From Camelus dromedarius (Eukaryota), in the NCBI RefSeq assembly GCF_036321535.1, contig NC_087437.1, positions 68,822,001 to 68,886,000 on the forward strand: a stretch of 64,000 bases of DNA, given 5' to 3'. Both the position numbers and the translations under genes were made by a program. Shown in pieces: positions 1-11,954 of this stretch (within the stretch, counting starts at the first letter, position 1; every line of letters begins with the position of its first letter). The notes under the pieces were generated by a model that was not told the origin of the DNA, did not search any database, and was given only the letters and a program-made list of their open reading frames with translations.

Positions 1-398
1 TCTATGTACTGTCGGCTCAGACTTTGTCAGCTCACCGGCTAGACTGGAACTATAGAGGCAGCTCCTTGGAAAGACTAGGTGACATAAAGTGGAAGTACAG
101 GAAAATTATTGCTCCATGGGGTGAACTTTGCTGGAAGGGAAAGAGAGGACCCACACAAAAATGCATCTCAGTCTCTCTTCTCAGAGAGACTCCTCTGCAA
201 TGCAGTCGTCTCTTAACCCCTCTTTAAAGACAGTCCCGATGGCCAGCTCACTTGTGTCCCTTTATATGTGTTTCTCTTCCTTCCTTCCCTTGCTCCTTCC
301 CCCCTCATGTCTGCTTCCCTGAGATAAGGTTCCTCAACAAGTAGTAGCATACACGTTTTTGCCACAGGATTTGTTTTCTAGAGAACCTGAGTTAGAGG
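1..398 (+). mobile_element. 3' part of an old ERVL-class solo LTR (LTR16/LTR33-like)
   Basis: Ends ...CAGGATTTGTTTTCTAGAGAACCTGAGTTAGAG, resembling the ERVL LTR terminus CTCAGGCTCTGCTTTCTAGGGAACCCAAACTAAGACA; pyrimidine-rich body. Subfamily uncertain. Confidence 0.45.
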
Positions 399-924
399 TT
401 TAGGATACTTGCAACTCAGTGGCTGAATTTTTGCAAGTAAAGTAACTATGAAACAAAATTGTGTTAACAGAAGGCACGTAAATGTGAAAATTGGTTACCT
501 ATCCATATGAGCCCTTTAAACATGAGAACTCTGGCAGAGTTCAGTCTACACGAGCCTTCTCCCAAGCACAGCGGCACATCTTAAAGCTGTTATATTCATC
601 TTCCTGTCACTGAAAACACTGTCAAATAAAATTCTTAGTTGATAACTCTCTGCAGCTTTAGAAATCAAGACTTGACATAGTACATCACTACTCTATCATC
701 ATCATTGTTTATGTATTTTGAGTTTTTATTTTTTATTTTTTTGTGTCTGTAATGACTGTGACCGATAAGATACATGGAAAGTATGAGCTACTGACTTATT
801 TAGAGGAAATCTTTGATTCTGGATTTCAGGCAGATCTAGATATCATATTCTTTTTGATGTGGATGAGATTTAAGAATTAATGCCCAAGACACAGATCTTC
901 AGAAGAGGGAAGAGAGGATGAATA

Positions 925-1003
925 TAGATCAGGGGTTAAAAGATGAGCTTGATATTTGATAGATAGACATGGGTTCAAATGCTACTCTCACAAATTCGTA
1001 GCT
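925..1003 (+). mobile_element. MIR SINE, 5' part (interrupted by L2)
   Basis: AGACATGGGTTCAAATGCTACTCTCAC...TAGCT matches the MIR B-box/core start; the consensus resumes at about 2582. Confidence 0.55.
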
Positions 1004-2570
1004 TTCAGCATTTATCAGACACCTTTGTGTGCTATTATGTGTTGAACTGTATCCCCGCTTCCAAGTTAATATGTTGCCATCCTAACTGCTAGTACCTCAG
1101 AATGTGACCTTATTTGAAAATAGGATCATTGCAGATGTAATTAGTTAAATTAAGATGAGGTCATTAGTGAGGACCCTAATCAGTTATGATTGGGTCTTTA
1201 TAAAAAGAGGACATTTGAACACAGATATGTACATAGGGAGAACGCCATGTGAAGATGAAGGCAAGGATCAGGGTGATGCTTCTACAAGCAAAAGAATGCC
1301 AAGTTGCTAGAAAACCACCAGGAGCATAGGTGTAGAGCAGATTCTTCCTCTCGGCCCTCAGGAGGAACTAATCCTGTCAACACCTCGATCTCAGAACTTT
1401 AGACTTCAGAACTGTGAGACAATAAATATCTGTATTGAAGCCACTCGGTTTGTGGTACTTTGCTACCGCATCCCTGTAACACTCATACCTGACTCTGCAT
1501 CATGGTAAGGGCTAGACATATAGAAGTGAGCAAAATACAGACATAGTGCTTGCTCTCATGGAACCAACAATCTAGTATGAGACAATAAACAGATGAACAG
1601 ACAAATGAAATACAACTATACATTGTAACGTATTAGGAAAGAAACAAAGAGGATGCCGACAGAGAAAGTTGGTGATGGGGAGCAATGGTTACCTTAGATA
1701 GGAGCATTATGAAAGTTTTCTCTCCAGATGCACCTCTAAGAGGTGCACTCTTTCCATTCAAAGAGTTTTGGGGTTAGGAGGTTGAAGTGGGAGAAATAGC
1801 ACATGTGACTATGCAGTGACCCGTGAGAACTTAGAATGCAGCAGGAACTGAAAAAGCCAAACATCTCTATCCCTGTGAGTCCAGAAAGAAGGGCAAAACT
1901 TAAATTGGAAGGATACCAAAGCCACATCATGTAGATTATCCAGATGGAAACCATTTTGGGACTTTAAACAAGAAGGTGAGGGGATCCACTGTACTTGTAA
2001 AAGCCGCATCCTGGCTTTTGTATAGAGGACATATCGGGGAATTCAAGATAGAAAGTGGGTAGATCAGTTGAAAATCCAGCTTCTAAATGAGAAATCAGGG
2101 TGGCCTTTGCTAAGGTGAGGGAATGAGAGATGGAGGAAAAAGGACAGTTGAGTGATTTAGTTTTAAAGAATAACCAACAGAACTTGCTAATTGCTGGTGT
2201 TAGAGGAGTGAAGGAGAAGAAAAAAAATCAAGATTAATATCTAGGTTGTTGGCTTGAGCAGACAAATGGGCAAATGGTGGTACCATTTGCTGAGAGAGAA
2301 GATGGAGGAAGAAACAAGTTTGTATTTTTGTGCGTGAAAAAAGTTAAGATGAGACAGAGTAGAAGGATCAAGAATTTAGTGTTGCAAAGTTGAGATCCCT
2401 TGAGACATCAAGCAGAAATGTCAAGTGGACAAATGGTATTTGAGTTTTGTCTTTAACACAGAGTCTGGGCTAGAGTAATAATTTGTTTTTCATCAGCATG
2501 TAAATGGTATTTCATACAACATGGGAATGACTAGGAAGAAAGCGCAAAAGTAGAAGAGAGAATATATATT
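1004..2570 (-). mobile_element. L2 LINE 3' portion (interrupted by MLT1C)
   Basis: CAGCATTTATCAGACACCTTTGTGTGC, then after the LTR ...GAGCAAAATACAGACATAGTGCTTGCTCTCATGGAACC and a purine-rich body typical of reverse-complement L2. Confidence 0.7.
1033..1489 (+). mobile_element. MaLR solo LTR, MLT1C-like
   Basis: AGTACCTCAGAATGTGACCTTATTTGAAAATAGGATCATTGCAGATGTAATTAGTTAA...GGGAGAACGCCATGTGAAGATGAAGGCA...AGAACTGTGAGACAATAAA...AAGCCACTCGGTTTGTGGTACTTTG follows the MLT1C consensus end to end. Confidence 0.9.
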
Positions 2571-2581
2571 CATGCCTTGAG

Positions 2582-2745
2582 GTAGATGTTAGGCAAATTA
2601 CTTAACCTCTTTGAAACTTAATTCTATCACCTGTAAGTGGAAATAATATTACACAGCCTTCAAGTTGAGTGTGGCCTAAATTAAATCATGTTTATCTATA
2701 AAATGCAATGCAATTCATAAAAACAATACATGGTGGTTATTATTG
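2582..2745 (+). mobile_element. MIR SINE, 3' part
   Basis: GGCAAATTACTTAACCTCTTTGAAACTTAATTCTATCACCTGTAAGTGGAAATAAT matches the MIR core. Confidence 0.65.
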
Positions 2746-3984
2746 TAATCACAATAATATTTCTTTTTGGTACTAAAGAGAGAAAAAAAGTGGGAGACTA
2801 AAAAACAGAAAAAAAAAAGTGCCTTTTGGAAATCCAATGGAAAGCTGTAAAAGTTAGGGTAATTAACTCTTTAAAAAGCATATCAGAAGCAAATAAGAAC
2901 GGGTACTGACAGTGACCACTGTATTGGTAGGGCAATTCCAGAGAACTTCTTTGCCACAATGGAAGAAATCGAACATGTAAGAAGGAGAGGGTTTGAGTTG
3001 TTTTACAGGATATGGGGCAGTTCAAGAGAAGACTTTTTTCCAACAACAGGATTATGTGTGTTATCAAAAGTAAAAAGCTAATTTAAAGGGAAGATCAAAA
3101 ATGTCTAATGATGTTATCTGCGGTCTGATTTGATTGCTGTGAAAGATAGCATTGACAACAGAGCCAGAGGCCCTCCCCCTGGGGCTGCACTTGGACTTGT
3201 TTCCTGAGAGGCACGTGGTCTTCAGCATTGATAATGAAGATGACCACAGTGAGGAGAAGTCTAGTTTGAGAGTGGAAAGCTGGGTTCCATGTAAGTGGGT
3301 GAAGGCAGTACTTTCCAGGCAGTCACTGACCATGGAGTAGATGGTAAGAAGGGAACACTTCATGACTAGGAAGGACTTGAAGTCTTGAGTACAATGGATG
3401 AGACTGACAATTGAGAAAGATTAGACTGTAGTGAGAGGTGTGGCAGGTAAGGAAGGGAATAGATTTAGGGCCCCAAAATCTTAAGATGATGATGTGCAAA
3501 CCCCTTAGTGAGTAAGGTCAGCAGAGAGCAGTGAAATCAGGAGAAAGCATGGGAGGATATTGCTACATTGATCAACCACATTGGTGTTGACAATTTCTGG
3601 AAGTGTAGTAGAAGTAAGGACAGAAGACTTTGTAGTTATTCAGATAAAGTGAGTCCAGATGAAAGATATACTTAATTAATATAATGCAGGCAAGAGCTTA
3701 AAGCATGGTTTTAGGCAGGTAGAAGGCAATTGTTAAGTATAAGTTTATGCCGAATTAGAAAGAAATAATAGGATCACTCATTGGTGTGAATTTCAAATCA
3801 CATGAAATTAAAGGAAGTTTTTCACTGAGTGGTTTTTCATTGTTTACATGGAACTAGAAGAAGCCACTGACCCTGTTCAAAGATTATATCCTCTCCTTAT
3901 TTTGTATTCCCTACAGTCTCATGTCAATGTTAGGTACATGGCAAAAGATGATTCTAGTATGAATGAATGGACACATATATGGAC

Positions 3985-4135
3985 CAATGCCCTGTCTGTG
4001 GATGAGTTCAAGCACAAACTGGCCAGTCACTGATCAGGTTCCATGGAGGGAATTTAAATTTCGGATGAAAGAAAGAACAATGTGGCTTCTAAATCCATTG
4101 AGCCATAGACTCTAAAATTCTGAGATACTCTGAAT
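3985..4135 (+). mobile_element. CR1/L3 3' end fragment
   Basis: GAGTTCAAGCACAAACTGG...GGAGGGAATT...CTTCTAAATCC...ACTCTAAAATTCTGAGATACTCTGA resembles the L3 3' end (GTTCAAGCAGAGGCTGG...CTCTGAGATTCTATGA). Confidence 0.55.
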
Positions 4136-4829
4136 CGTACAATTAGTAGATCGAAGCCAGCCCAAGAGTATAATCTATCTGAGACAAAGACACCATACAT
4201 AAAAACTATGTTCAATTTCCAACTGAATGTGTGCTTTAGTTCTCTCTAAAACTTACCTAGAAAAGCAACAGTTTCCTGTCTTAAACTACAGCTTTTACTA
4301 GAGAAATCTTTGCTTTCTCAGGGAGTATCTTTTTTTCAACTTAAAAGGATTACCTTTTTAGAGCTTTCCACAAGAGAACACTAGGAGTATTGAAAAGAAG
4401 TACACCTAAAATTCTATTTACATTGGAGGCATTTTCTTGAAACATGCTTTAAAGAATATATATCCCTTTTGAAAGGACAAGGAAACTCAGGTATAAAAAT
4501 GCTAATGATACTCTTCTCTGCTTAAAGAGCATTTCATAAATAATGTACTTTTTACAAGAGACCATAGTGATGCTGAGTGTTCATGGCAACGGACCCAGGA
4601 AGTTAGTGATATTTTCCTGGTGAAATCTTAAATTTGCCAAGTCAATCTGTTTTGTGGAAAAACAAATTAGTTGTATTATTTAAGTTGTTAATGAAACAAG
4701 TTAGAATTTTAAATTCTTCTACAGCAGTGTTTTCTTTGTCAACTCCCACTTTCTGTGGTCTCCCTGACACTTCCATGCCTAGCCATAAGACAAATGTTGT
4801 ATTCATACAATAAAAATGGTCATGAAACT

Positions 4830-5040
4830 AAAGTAGCAATAGCTAACATTTATATTACACTTTATTGTTACCAAATTATACTATCACATCTCGCTTGTTA
4901 ACCATCTTGTGAGCCAATATTATTATTTTCATTTTCATCTTATAATATGAAATATAGATGCTCAAAAAGTTTCCAGAGGTATATAGTAAGTAAAGAAACT
5001 AGAACTATGAACTTTTCTGACTGCAATTCCATAGTTTTCT
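4830..5040 (-). mobile_element. MIR SINE
   Basis: ATAGCTAACATTTAT...TATTATTTTCATTTT...TGAAATATAGATGCTCAAAAAGT...CTGACTGCAA; degenerate reverse MIR. Confidence 0.55.
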
Positions 5041-5384
5041 TTTTTCTTTTTCCCCTGTAGCTGTTCAAATTATGCCTCTAAATTGGATACCTTTGGTCCT
5101 TTCTTTAGACTGCCCAGGCAGAAAACAATTTCTCCTTATCTGAGCTATAAGCTATCACCAGAAGAAAAAGTTAGAAGATATGTCCTTACTCTCTGATCAT
5201 GCAGTAACTTTTTACTTTATTTGGGGTGTATAGAGGATTAGACAGATTTTTTTAAATCCCTTCCAAATCTTTAAGCATTGAGAAGAGATCACCATGAGGC
5301 ATAAAGCGTATTCATTTGTTAGTCCTACAGTGTGTGTTGTTTCCAGGTAACAGAGCTTGACAAGTGTGTCCTTTCTGGAGTACT

Positions 5385-5640
5385 GTGAATAGTGAAATGA
5401 GTGCAAGCTTAGGAGATGGACAGAACTGAATTAATATCCCATTTCCTCCATTTATTAGCTGTGTGGTCTCAGAAGACTCATTCAGTCACTGACTCTCAAC
5501 TGCCCAGTTGTATCATGGATGATAGAATTTTCTTGAATAAGAGGTTCCCTTCTTCTTAGGTTGTAGGAAATATATATAAAGAGACTATCACAGGGACTCC
5601 CTGAAACACTCAGCAGAATATGATTACTACTGTTATTTCT
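5385..5640 (+). mobile_element. MIR SINE
   Basis: GCTTAGGAGATGGACAGAACTGAATT...CCATTTATTAGCTGTGTGGTCTCAG; degenerate MIR head and core. Confidence 0.55.
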
Positions 5641-6514
5641 GCTGTAGGTCTTGTAGATCATCCTGTTGCTGCTTCTGGCATCTTAAGAGCCAACCCTAAA
5701 AATAGGTGGGAACTAGCATTAGGGACAGTATTACATAGTCTCCAAGAAGGTTGTATGCATTCCCCCAATAGTCTACCCAATGCCTGTTCCTCCCACCACA
5801 GTAACAGTGGCAGACTAAGGGTCATATAAAGAAACTTCCCTATTTTATAGTCCTTCCATGTATTGGTAGAAGTGTTTTTATGTCATCTGGTAATTCCTTA
5901 TTACTGTAAGAGCATCCCCTAGAAATTTCAGGACCATCAGCTGGCTCATGTGGTGCTGTAAATGCCTTTTTCCATGTCTGATGACTCCAGTGATCAGAAG
6001 ATTTTTCTGATGTGCTGAAATCAAATGAATATAACTGGGAACTACCTGAACCAAAAAGTAAATAGTTTTTTGTGTGCTTTGTTTGCAGCACCACGGTGTC
6101 ACAAAGCAGAAAGGGAAGAAATGAGGCTTGTGATCATTTGTATTGTTGTCGAGTCTTTTCCATTCATGAGGTACCTGTGATCATCAGCTATGCCTGAGAG
6201 ACACCGGCGGTCCTCAGAGCACAGGGCACAGGCGCTGCGTTGCATAATAAAATGGGGATCCTAGCAACGGGCATCAAAGTGGGTCTGTTTTCAGTTTCCT
6301 TTTAAAAATGTCTTTACTATAGCTTTTTATAAAGAGAAAAGCTAATAGACAGGCTGCTTTCAAAGATACACATTAATGGGACTAATCAGGCACCCTGAAC
6401 TTTAAAATATATTATATGGATTTTGTTAAAATAATAGCTTTTAGATCTCACAGAAATAAAAAATCTAAGGTGGACCCAGAACTGCAGCTTTATTCATTCT
6501 GGGGAGGAAGAGTT

Positions 6515-6780
6515 TCGTAGATCAGAGTCTGGGCTTGGGAATCAGATTGTCTGGACTCAAATCCCAGCTCTGCACTTTCCTGGCTGTATAACCATGGGCA
6601 AGTCACACCCTCCCTCCATCTCAGTTTCTACATGTGCAAAATGGGGATAATTATGGAGCTGTTGCCTGACTTCAATGAGATAATGTATGTAAATAGCTTA
6701 TAATATATGTATAATGTATGTAACATAGAGATAGGCACATCACAGGGGCTCAATTAGCAAATGTCAGTTGCTATTACTTT
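6515..6780 (+). mobile_element. MIR SINE, near full length
   Basis: GGAATCAGATTGTCTGGACTCAAATCCCAGCTCTGCAC...CATGGGCAAGTCAC...CTCAGTTTCTACATGTGCAAAATGGGGATAAT...AAATGTCAGTTGCTATTA. Confidence 0.85.
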
Positions 6781-6960
6781 AGTCATTTATTTCCTCAAAA
6801 GATATTTACTAGATTCTGAACATGAACAAAATTCCAAACAAAAATAGATCGGACAGTAAAACAGCCCTTGACCTCAAGGAGGTCACCCTCATGGGTGAGA
6901 CACAGAGATGGACACGCTTATATCCTAAATGCTCAAATAGACAAGGCACAATGAATAAGG
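6781..6960 (-). mobile_element. L2 3' end fragment
   Basis: TCATTTATTTCCTCAAAAGATATTTACTAG...AAACAGCCCTTGACCTCAAGGAGGTCACCCTC. Confidence 0.55.
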
Positions 6961-7053
6961 GAAAGCTAGCAGCCCAAGCTGGGGGCAGGGAGCTTCTGAT
7001 CATCCAGTGTTTTCTTAGTCGGAAGAGACACTCAGCTAGGGAATCAGCTCTAG

Positions 7054-7678
7054 CAAGAGTTGGCAAACGTTTTCTGTCAAGGACCAGGTAGTATATATTT
7101 TCAGTTTCGTGGGTCCTTCAGTGTCTGTTGTGGTTCCTAACATCTGCCACTGTCGTGAGAAAGCAGCTCTGTAGACCATACAGGGACGAATGGACGTGGC
7201 TGTCTTCCAGTAACATTCTACTTACACAAACAGGCCTTTATTGTCCACAGTTCTCCAGAGAAACAGAAGCACCAGGAAGTGTACATATATAGAAAGAGAT
7301 TTATTTTAAGGAATTGGCTTATACAATGATGGAGGCTGGCAAGTCCAAAATCTTCAGGGTAGACCAGCAGGCTGGAGACCCAGGGAGAGTTCAATGCTGC
7401 AGTTCAAGTCCTTGAGCTGTCTGGCTGGAGACCCCAGGAAAAGGGCCGATGTGCAGCTCAAGCCTGAAGGCTGTATGCTGCAGAATTTGTCTCTTGCCTT
7501 TTGTTCTGTTAGGAACGGTATATGAGGCCCACCCACACTGTGGAGAGCAACCTGCTTTACTCAAAGTCCACCAACTGAAATACAAATCTCACCCCCAAAC
7601 AACCTCCAAGCTGATGCGTAAAATCACCCATCACAAGGCCTCAGCCAGACTTGGTGCACTATAGTTGGCCTAGCCCTG
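7054..7678 (+). mobile_element. MER58A (hAT-Charlie MITE), split by an MLT2 LTR
   Basis: CAAGAGTTGGCAAACGTTTTCTGTCAAGGACCAGGTAGTATATATTTT...GAATGGACGTGGCTGTCTTCCAGTAA...AAACAGGC; resumes at 7641 to ...TAGTTGGCCTAGCCCTG (terminal inverted repeat). Confidence 0.85.
7237..7635 (-). mobile_element. ERVL solo LTR, MLT2 (C/D-like)
   Basis: GTTCTCCAGAGAAACAGAA...AGAGATTTATTTTAAGGAATTGGCT...GGAGGCTGGCAAGTCCAAAATC...AAAATCACCCATCACA; exact 5-bp TSD AGGCC at 7232-7236 and 7636-7640. Confidence 0.9.
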
Positions 7679-9364
7679 AACTAGAGAGAGAATTCTTTCT
7701 GCTCAGACTAAAGTGGTGGAGATCGTTTTTCCCAAACCAATGGTACTCTGATTCCAAGTTATTACTAGTCAGTCATTGAGTGCTGTGCCAAATCCCAAGG
7801 CTTAAGTACCAGAACAGGCTGCCTAGAAGGATCTGAGATTGAGTCTGGTTACCCTGAGACAACCTCATTCTCCCATCACTGAGAATGGGAGGGCCACTTG
7901 ACCTGAGCACCATGTCCAAGTAGGAGACAGTGGGGAGAAAGGAGAAGCCAGAACTCACAGTGTTCACTGCCTTCTCCCCTAGCAAATGGGACTGCAGGCA
8001 GAGGAAGGAGTTTAGCAGAAGGAAAGGATTACATAGTCACCTTCCCAAATGGAATAAACAAAGTCATGTGGAAAGGGATCCCCTCTCCTAATTCCAACTC
8101 CACGTTGATTCAGTGATTTGTTCCAATTCACACAGAAAGACCTCCATCATGTTCAGGTGGAGGTCTGAGAACATGAGAATGCTGGTAAGGCAGGAAAAGG
8201 AAAAGACCACAGAAGACAGAAGGGCAAGGGAAAAGAGAGGAGGGTGTAGAAAGAGGTGGGACATAACAGAAAATGAGAGAGGAAAGGCGACGTTTGATTT
8301 TACTTTTTAAACTTAAAACTAACTCTATATCTTTCTTCCTTAGATTTTCTATGTCACAAACAAGTCTTCTCTAGCTCAAAGGATCTTACAGGGCTTAATT
8401 CATTTAAGTCACAAAGTATTTCAGGACTCTTAGATGAAAAGTATTACTGAAGTACAGAACTCAGGTTCATTATTAGTAAAGTCAGTCCTCAACAGTACAG
8501 TCTTCAAACTTCCTGGCTCCTTGAGAATGCCTAAGGTTAGCAGTAGATGACCCTCCTCTAATAAAAGCATCAGACAACCCCTGTACGAGAGCTTTGTAAG
8601 AACTATGCCCAACACTGAGTTGAAAGATACATCTTGGTACAGGGGTAACTTACAGGGTAAGTCACACCTGACCTGGAAAGTTGCACGAGAGTAGAATCAG
8701 TGTAAAGTGAAGCAGACTTTAAATACCCCAGAGAAGTTTATGTTATTCAGCCCTATGCAAATAAAAAAGCTATGGAAACTGGGATTTCTGATATATTTCC
8801 AAGTAAATATAATAAGAAGAGATAGAAGAAAAACTCTCTGTCACTGTGTTTTCACAAACAAGGCTGATTTATATCACTGCCCTTTCATTTTTAAATTTAC
8901 TGAAGTAAATTTGAAGTTAAACTATAACCTCTCTGTTGACTTATGATCAAAATGTCTTTATTTTCCTTCATACTGGTTTTCTTTCTGCTTATTAGTTACC
9001 CATCTCCATTTTATAAGTATTGTTTATACCAAATACTTGTATGAATTATTTGTGTGCTATTCTTTGTGGAGCAATGTGAGGTGTAAATAAATATAAATCA
9101 TATTTATGTGGAAAATAAGAAACACCAGCAGCTGTCAGTCCATAAGGGCAAGCCCTGGTGAATAATATCTCAGTGTCTTCAATCTTTCTGGGCACTTTCC
9201 TCCATGTTATCTGTATATGTTTAGAGTTCCTTTTTTGTTCTCTGAATATGCCTTTCTTACCACATCTTTTGCCTGTTTCATAGTCTTAATAGCTTCACTT
9301 ATACCTGCGATGATATTAAGCATTTTTTTCCTTCTACTTCCTGCCTTGTTTCTGTTTCCTTCAA

Positions 9365-9495
9365 GGTTTGTTTGTTTGTTTGTTTTTTCCTTTTTCTTCT
9401 TCTTACTTTGGCTTGATTTCTTTTTTTCTTCCCTCCCCCCTTTCTTTCTCTTTCTTTCTTCCTTCCTTCCTTCCCTCCTTCCTTCCTTTTTCTGT
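9365..9495. repeat. Pyrimidine low-complexity tract (TTTG/TTTC/TTCC)n
   Basis: Directly visible; accounts for the spurious Phe/Leu-rich and Lys/Glu/Arg-rich ORFs here. Confidence 0.9.
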
Positions 9496-9853
9496 TTTGG
9501 TCTATATCTTTCAGGTCATAACTCTTCCTGAATGCTGTCCATTTATAATGAAGCACAAGGTCTCAACTTCAATTGAAGACTAGGGTATTCAGCTGGAGGG
9601 AGGCTCCTGCTGTTAGAATCCACAGGTCTCTTCTTCTAGACAGTGTTTTCCCTAGAAAGGAAGCCTCTAATGGCCTGCCTGGAGTTTGTAAAGCAAATTG
9701 TCAGGTATCTCAGCTGAGCTAGGTGAGTAAAGGGAGGATGGTGGAGTCTCATAACTCAAGACATAGATCTCACCATTTAGTGCATAGATACTCAGTTAAT
9801 TCTTTTGATTTTAGTATTTCATCCCACTCTCAACTTTTTCTGATATTCTAGAG

Positions 9854-10055
9854 CAGTGTTTCTCAACCTCTGCACTATTGGTGCTTAGGACTGAATAATT
9901 TTTTGTTGTTTGGACCATCCTATAATTGTAAGGACATTAGCAACATCCCTGACCTCTACCCATTAGATGCCAGTAACACCACTCCCCGCGCCCCCACCCG
10001 ATTTGGGACAAAAACTTTCTCTGGGAGACAAATTGAACCTGATTGAGAACTACTG
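9854..10055 (-). mobile_element. MER20 (hAT-Charlie MITE)
   Basis: TIRs CAGTGTTTCTCAACC...GATTGAGAACTACTG; internal TAGCAACATCCCTGACCTCTACCCATTAGATGCCAGTAACACC; left flank TTCTAGAG is a typical hAT target. Confidence 0.9.
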
Positions 10056-10692
10056 TTCTTAAAGAAGCCCTCTTACTCAAACACTCCAGAGATTAAGTGC
10101 CTTGTCTTCTCTCGTATATGTCTGTGTGTGTATGGAAGATTGGGAGGGGAGTGTATTTGTCATGCTTTACAGGAGTGGATTGAGAGATCTAACTACATAC
10201 AGGCTTTCAACCAATCTTTACATCTCTGCTCCCACTGAATTTTTAAAGATATCTGCTACCTATAATTCCAGGAACTTTCCTGGATTCTGTGACCAGAAAC
10301 AACTTGTTTCTTGGCTTCCATCATAAAGATTCTTACTCTTATTTCATCTGCAGTAAAGAATTGTCCATCTGCTTTCAGCTTTCAAAATTTTCTTGATATG
10401 TCTTAACTATAGTTATTTCTACTATTCTTTTTGTCTTTGAGGGTTGAGAGGATTTTTTTAACCCCCTTAACTCTAATTCTAGTAAATTTGAAGAAGGACA
10501 ATTTGTAAATGTGTGTTCTCGATCATGTTTTTGTTATGATTTTTCAATATTAAATGCAAACCTTAAGATAATGTCTGTGTTTATGGCAGGCCAGCTTAGG
10601 CTATGTGTGCAGAACCTGGAAGGTAGTTTTTAATTTTTTCTAGGGCATTATTACTAACCTGGGAACATCCATTGTAGGTGCATGAGCAGGGC

Positions 10693-11061
10693 TGCTACTA
10701 GATTGAATGTTTGTGTCTCTCCAAAATTCATGTGTTTAAACCTAAATCTCCTATGTGATGGTGTTTGGAGGTGGGACCTTTGGAAGGTGATTAAGTCATG
10801 AGGGCTTAGCCCTTCATAAATGGGATTAGTCCCCTTATAGAAGAGACCTGAAGGACATCCCTCGCTCCTTCTGCCGCATGAGGACGCAGCAAAAATGAGG
10901 ATGTCTATAAGCCGGGAAGTGAGCCCTCACCAGACACTGAATCTGCCAGCACCTTGATCTTGGACTTCACAGCATCCAGCATTGTGAGAAATAAATTTGT
11001 GGTGCTTATAAGCCACCCAGTTTATGGTACTCTGTTAGAGCAGCTCTAGCTGACTAAGACA
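10693..11061 (+). mobile_element. MaLR solo LTR, MLT1A/MLT1A0-like
   Basis: TGCTA...GAATGTTTGTGTCTCTCCAAAATTCATGTG...GAGCCCTCACCAGACACTGAATCTGCCAGCACCTTGATCTTGGACTTC...GACTAAGACA; TG...CA termini. Confidence 0.92.
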
Positions 11062-11954
11062 AAGGGTGCAGCTTATAAAGCTGCATCTGGCAGTAACTTA
11101 CTTCTGAGTTTTCAGAATAGCCATCACATTGCCAAGGCCATCATTAGTGCTCAGTTCATCTATTTGATTGATTGATTGACCCAGTTGGTCCTTACAGTTG
11201 CACTGTGAAGCTGACCAAATAAATATTAGAACCCAAGGAAAGTGAGGCCCAGAGAGGTTGACCTATTTAAAATGACAAAGCTAGTTTGCAGCAGATCTAA
11301 GACTAGAAACCTAGTTCACTTCTTTTTGAACTATATATTCTTTGTAGAATTACCATGACACAAAGGAAGCTCTCAAAGCAAAGACGAAATGAGAAGACTT
11401 GGTTTTAGAAAGTCCAGGCATTCCTCAGGCTTACTCAGTAGAAGTAGTCCATGGTTTCCTGGGTGATGGTGAGCCCTCATTTGTGTGCAAGCCCTGTGAA
11501 GAGATGATAATAATAACGGATAACACCCACTGGCATTTTACTGGGTGTCTGGCTTTATTATAAATTTTTATATACTGTATCTTATTGTGTCATCACAGCA
11601 GCTTCTCAAGATAGGGCTCTGAGTTGAAAGACAGAAGCTGAAACCATAATCTCTATTGTGAAGGAACACATTCTTCTAAGAGCCTGGTACTCACCCTTTC
11701 AAAAGAGAGAAATTATAATTCAGAATTTAGGAATAGGAGAATCTCAAAGCCCCAGGTTCTTCCCATTAGATCGTAATCATGGTGCTACTAATATGAACTC
11801 ATAGTGTAGGAATCAAGTTTGTGCATTTTTCTTATTAGTTTAAAATTCAGTTAGTTGACCTTCAATTTCTAGCTCAAGTCAAAATCCATAATTTTACTTG
11901 CCAATTTGTCCACCTGGATAACCCACAGTTTCCTCAGGTATTTTGCAAATTGAA

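Larger units (their letters stand above)
9170..10530 (-). mobile_element. Very old L1-related fragment (HAL1/L1M-like), interrupted by MER20
   Basis: T-rich degenerate sequence including CCATCTGCTTTCAGCTTTTCAAAATTTTCTTGATATGTCTT, reminiscent of old L1/HAL1; family uncertain. Confidence 0.35.

Noticed and set aside
5975..6025. CTGATGA...GAAA hammerhead-like words
   Set aside because: No stems I-III in hammerhead geometry; only a short TCTGAT/ATCAGA hairpin.
9217..9583. Hydrophobic membrane-like ORFs and a Lys/Glu/Arg-rich antisense ORF
   Set aside because: Translations of a TTTC/TTCC low-complexity tract.
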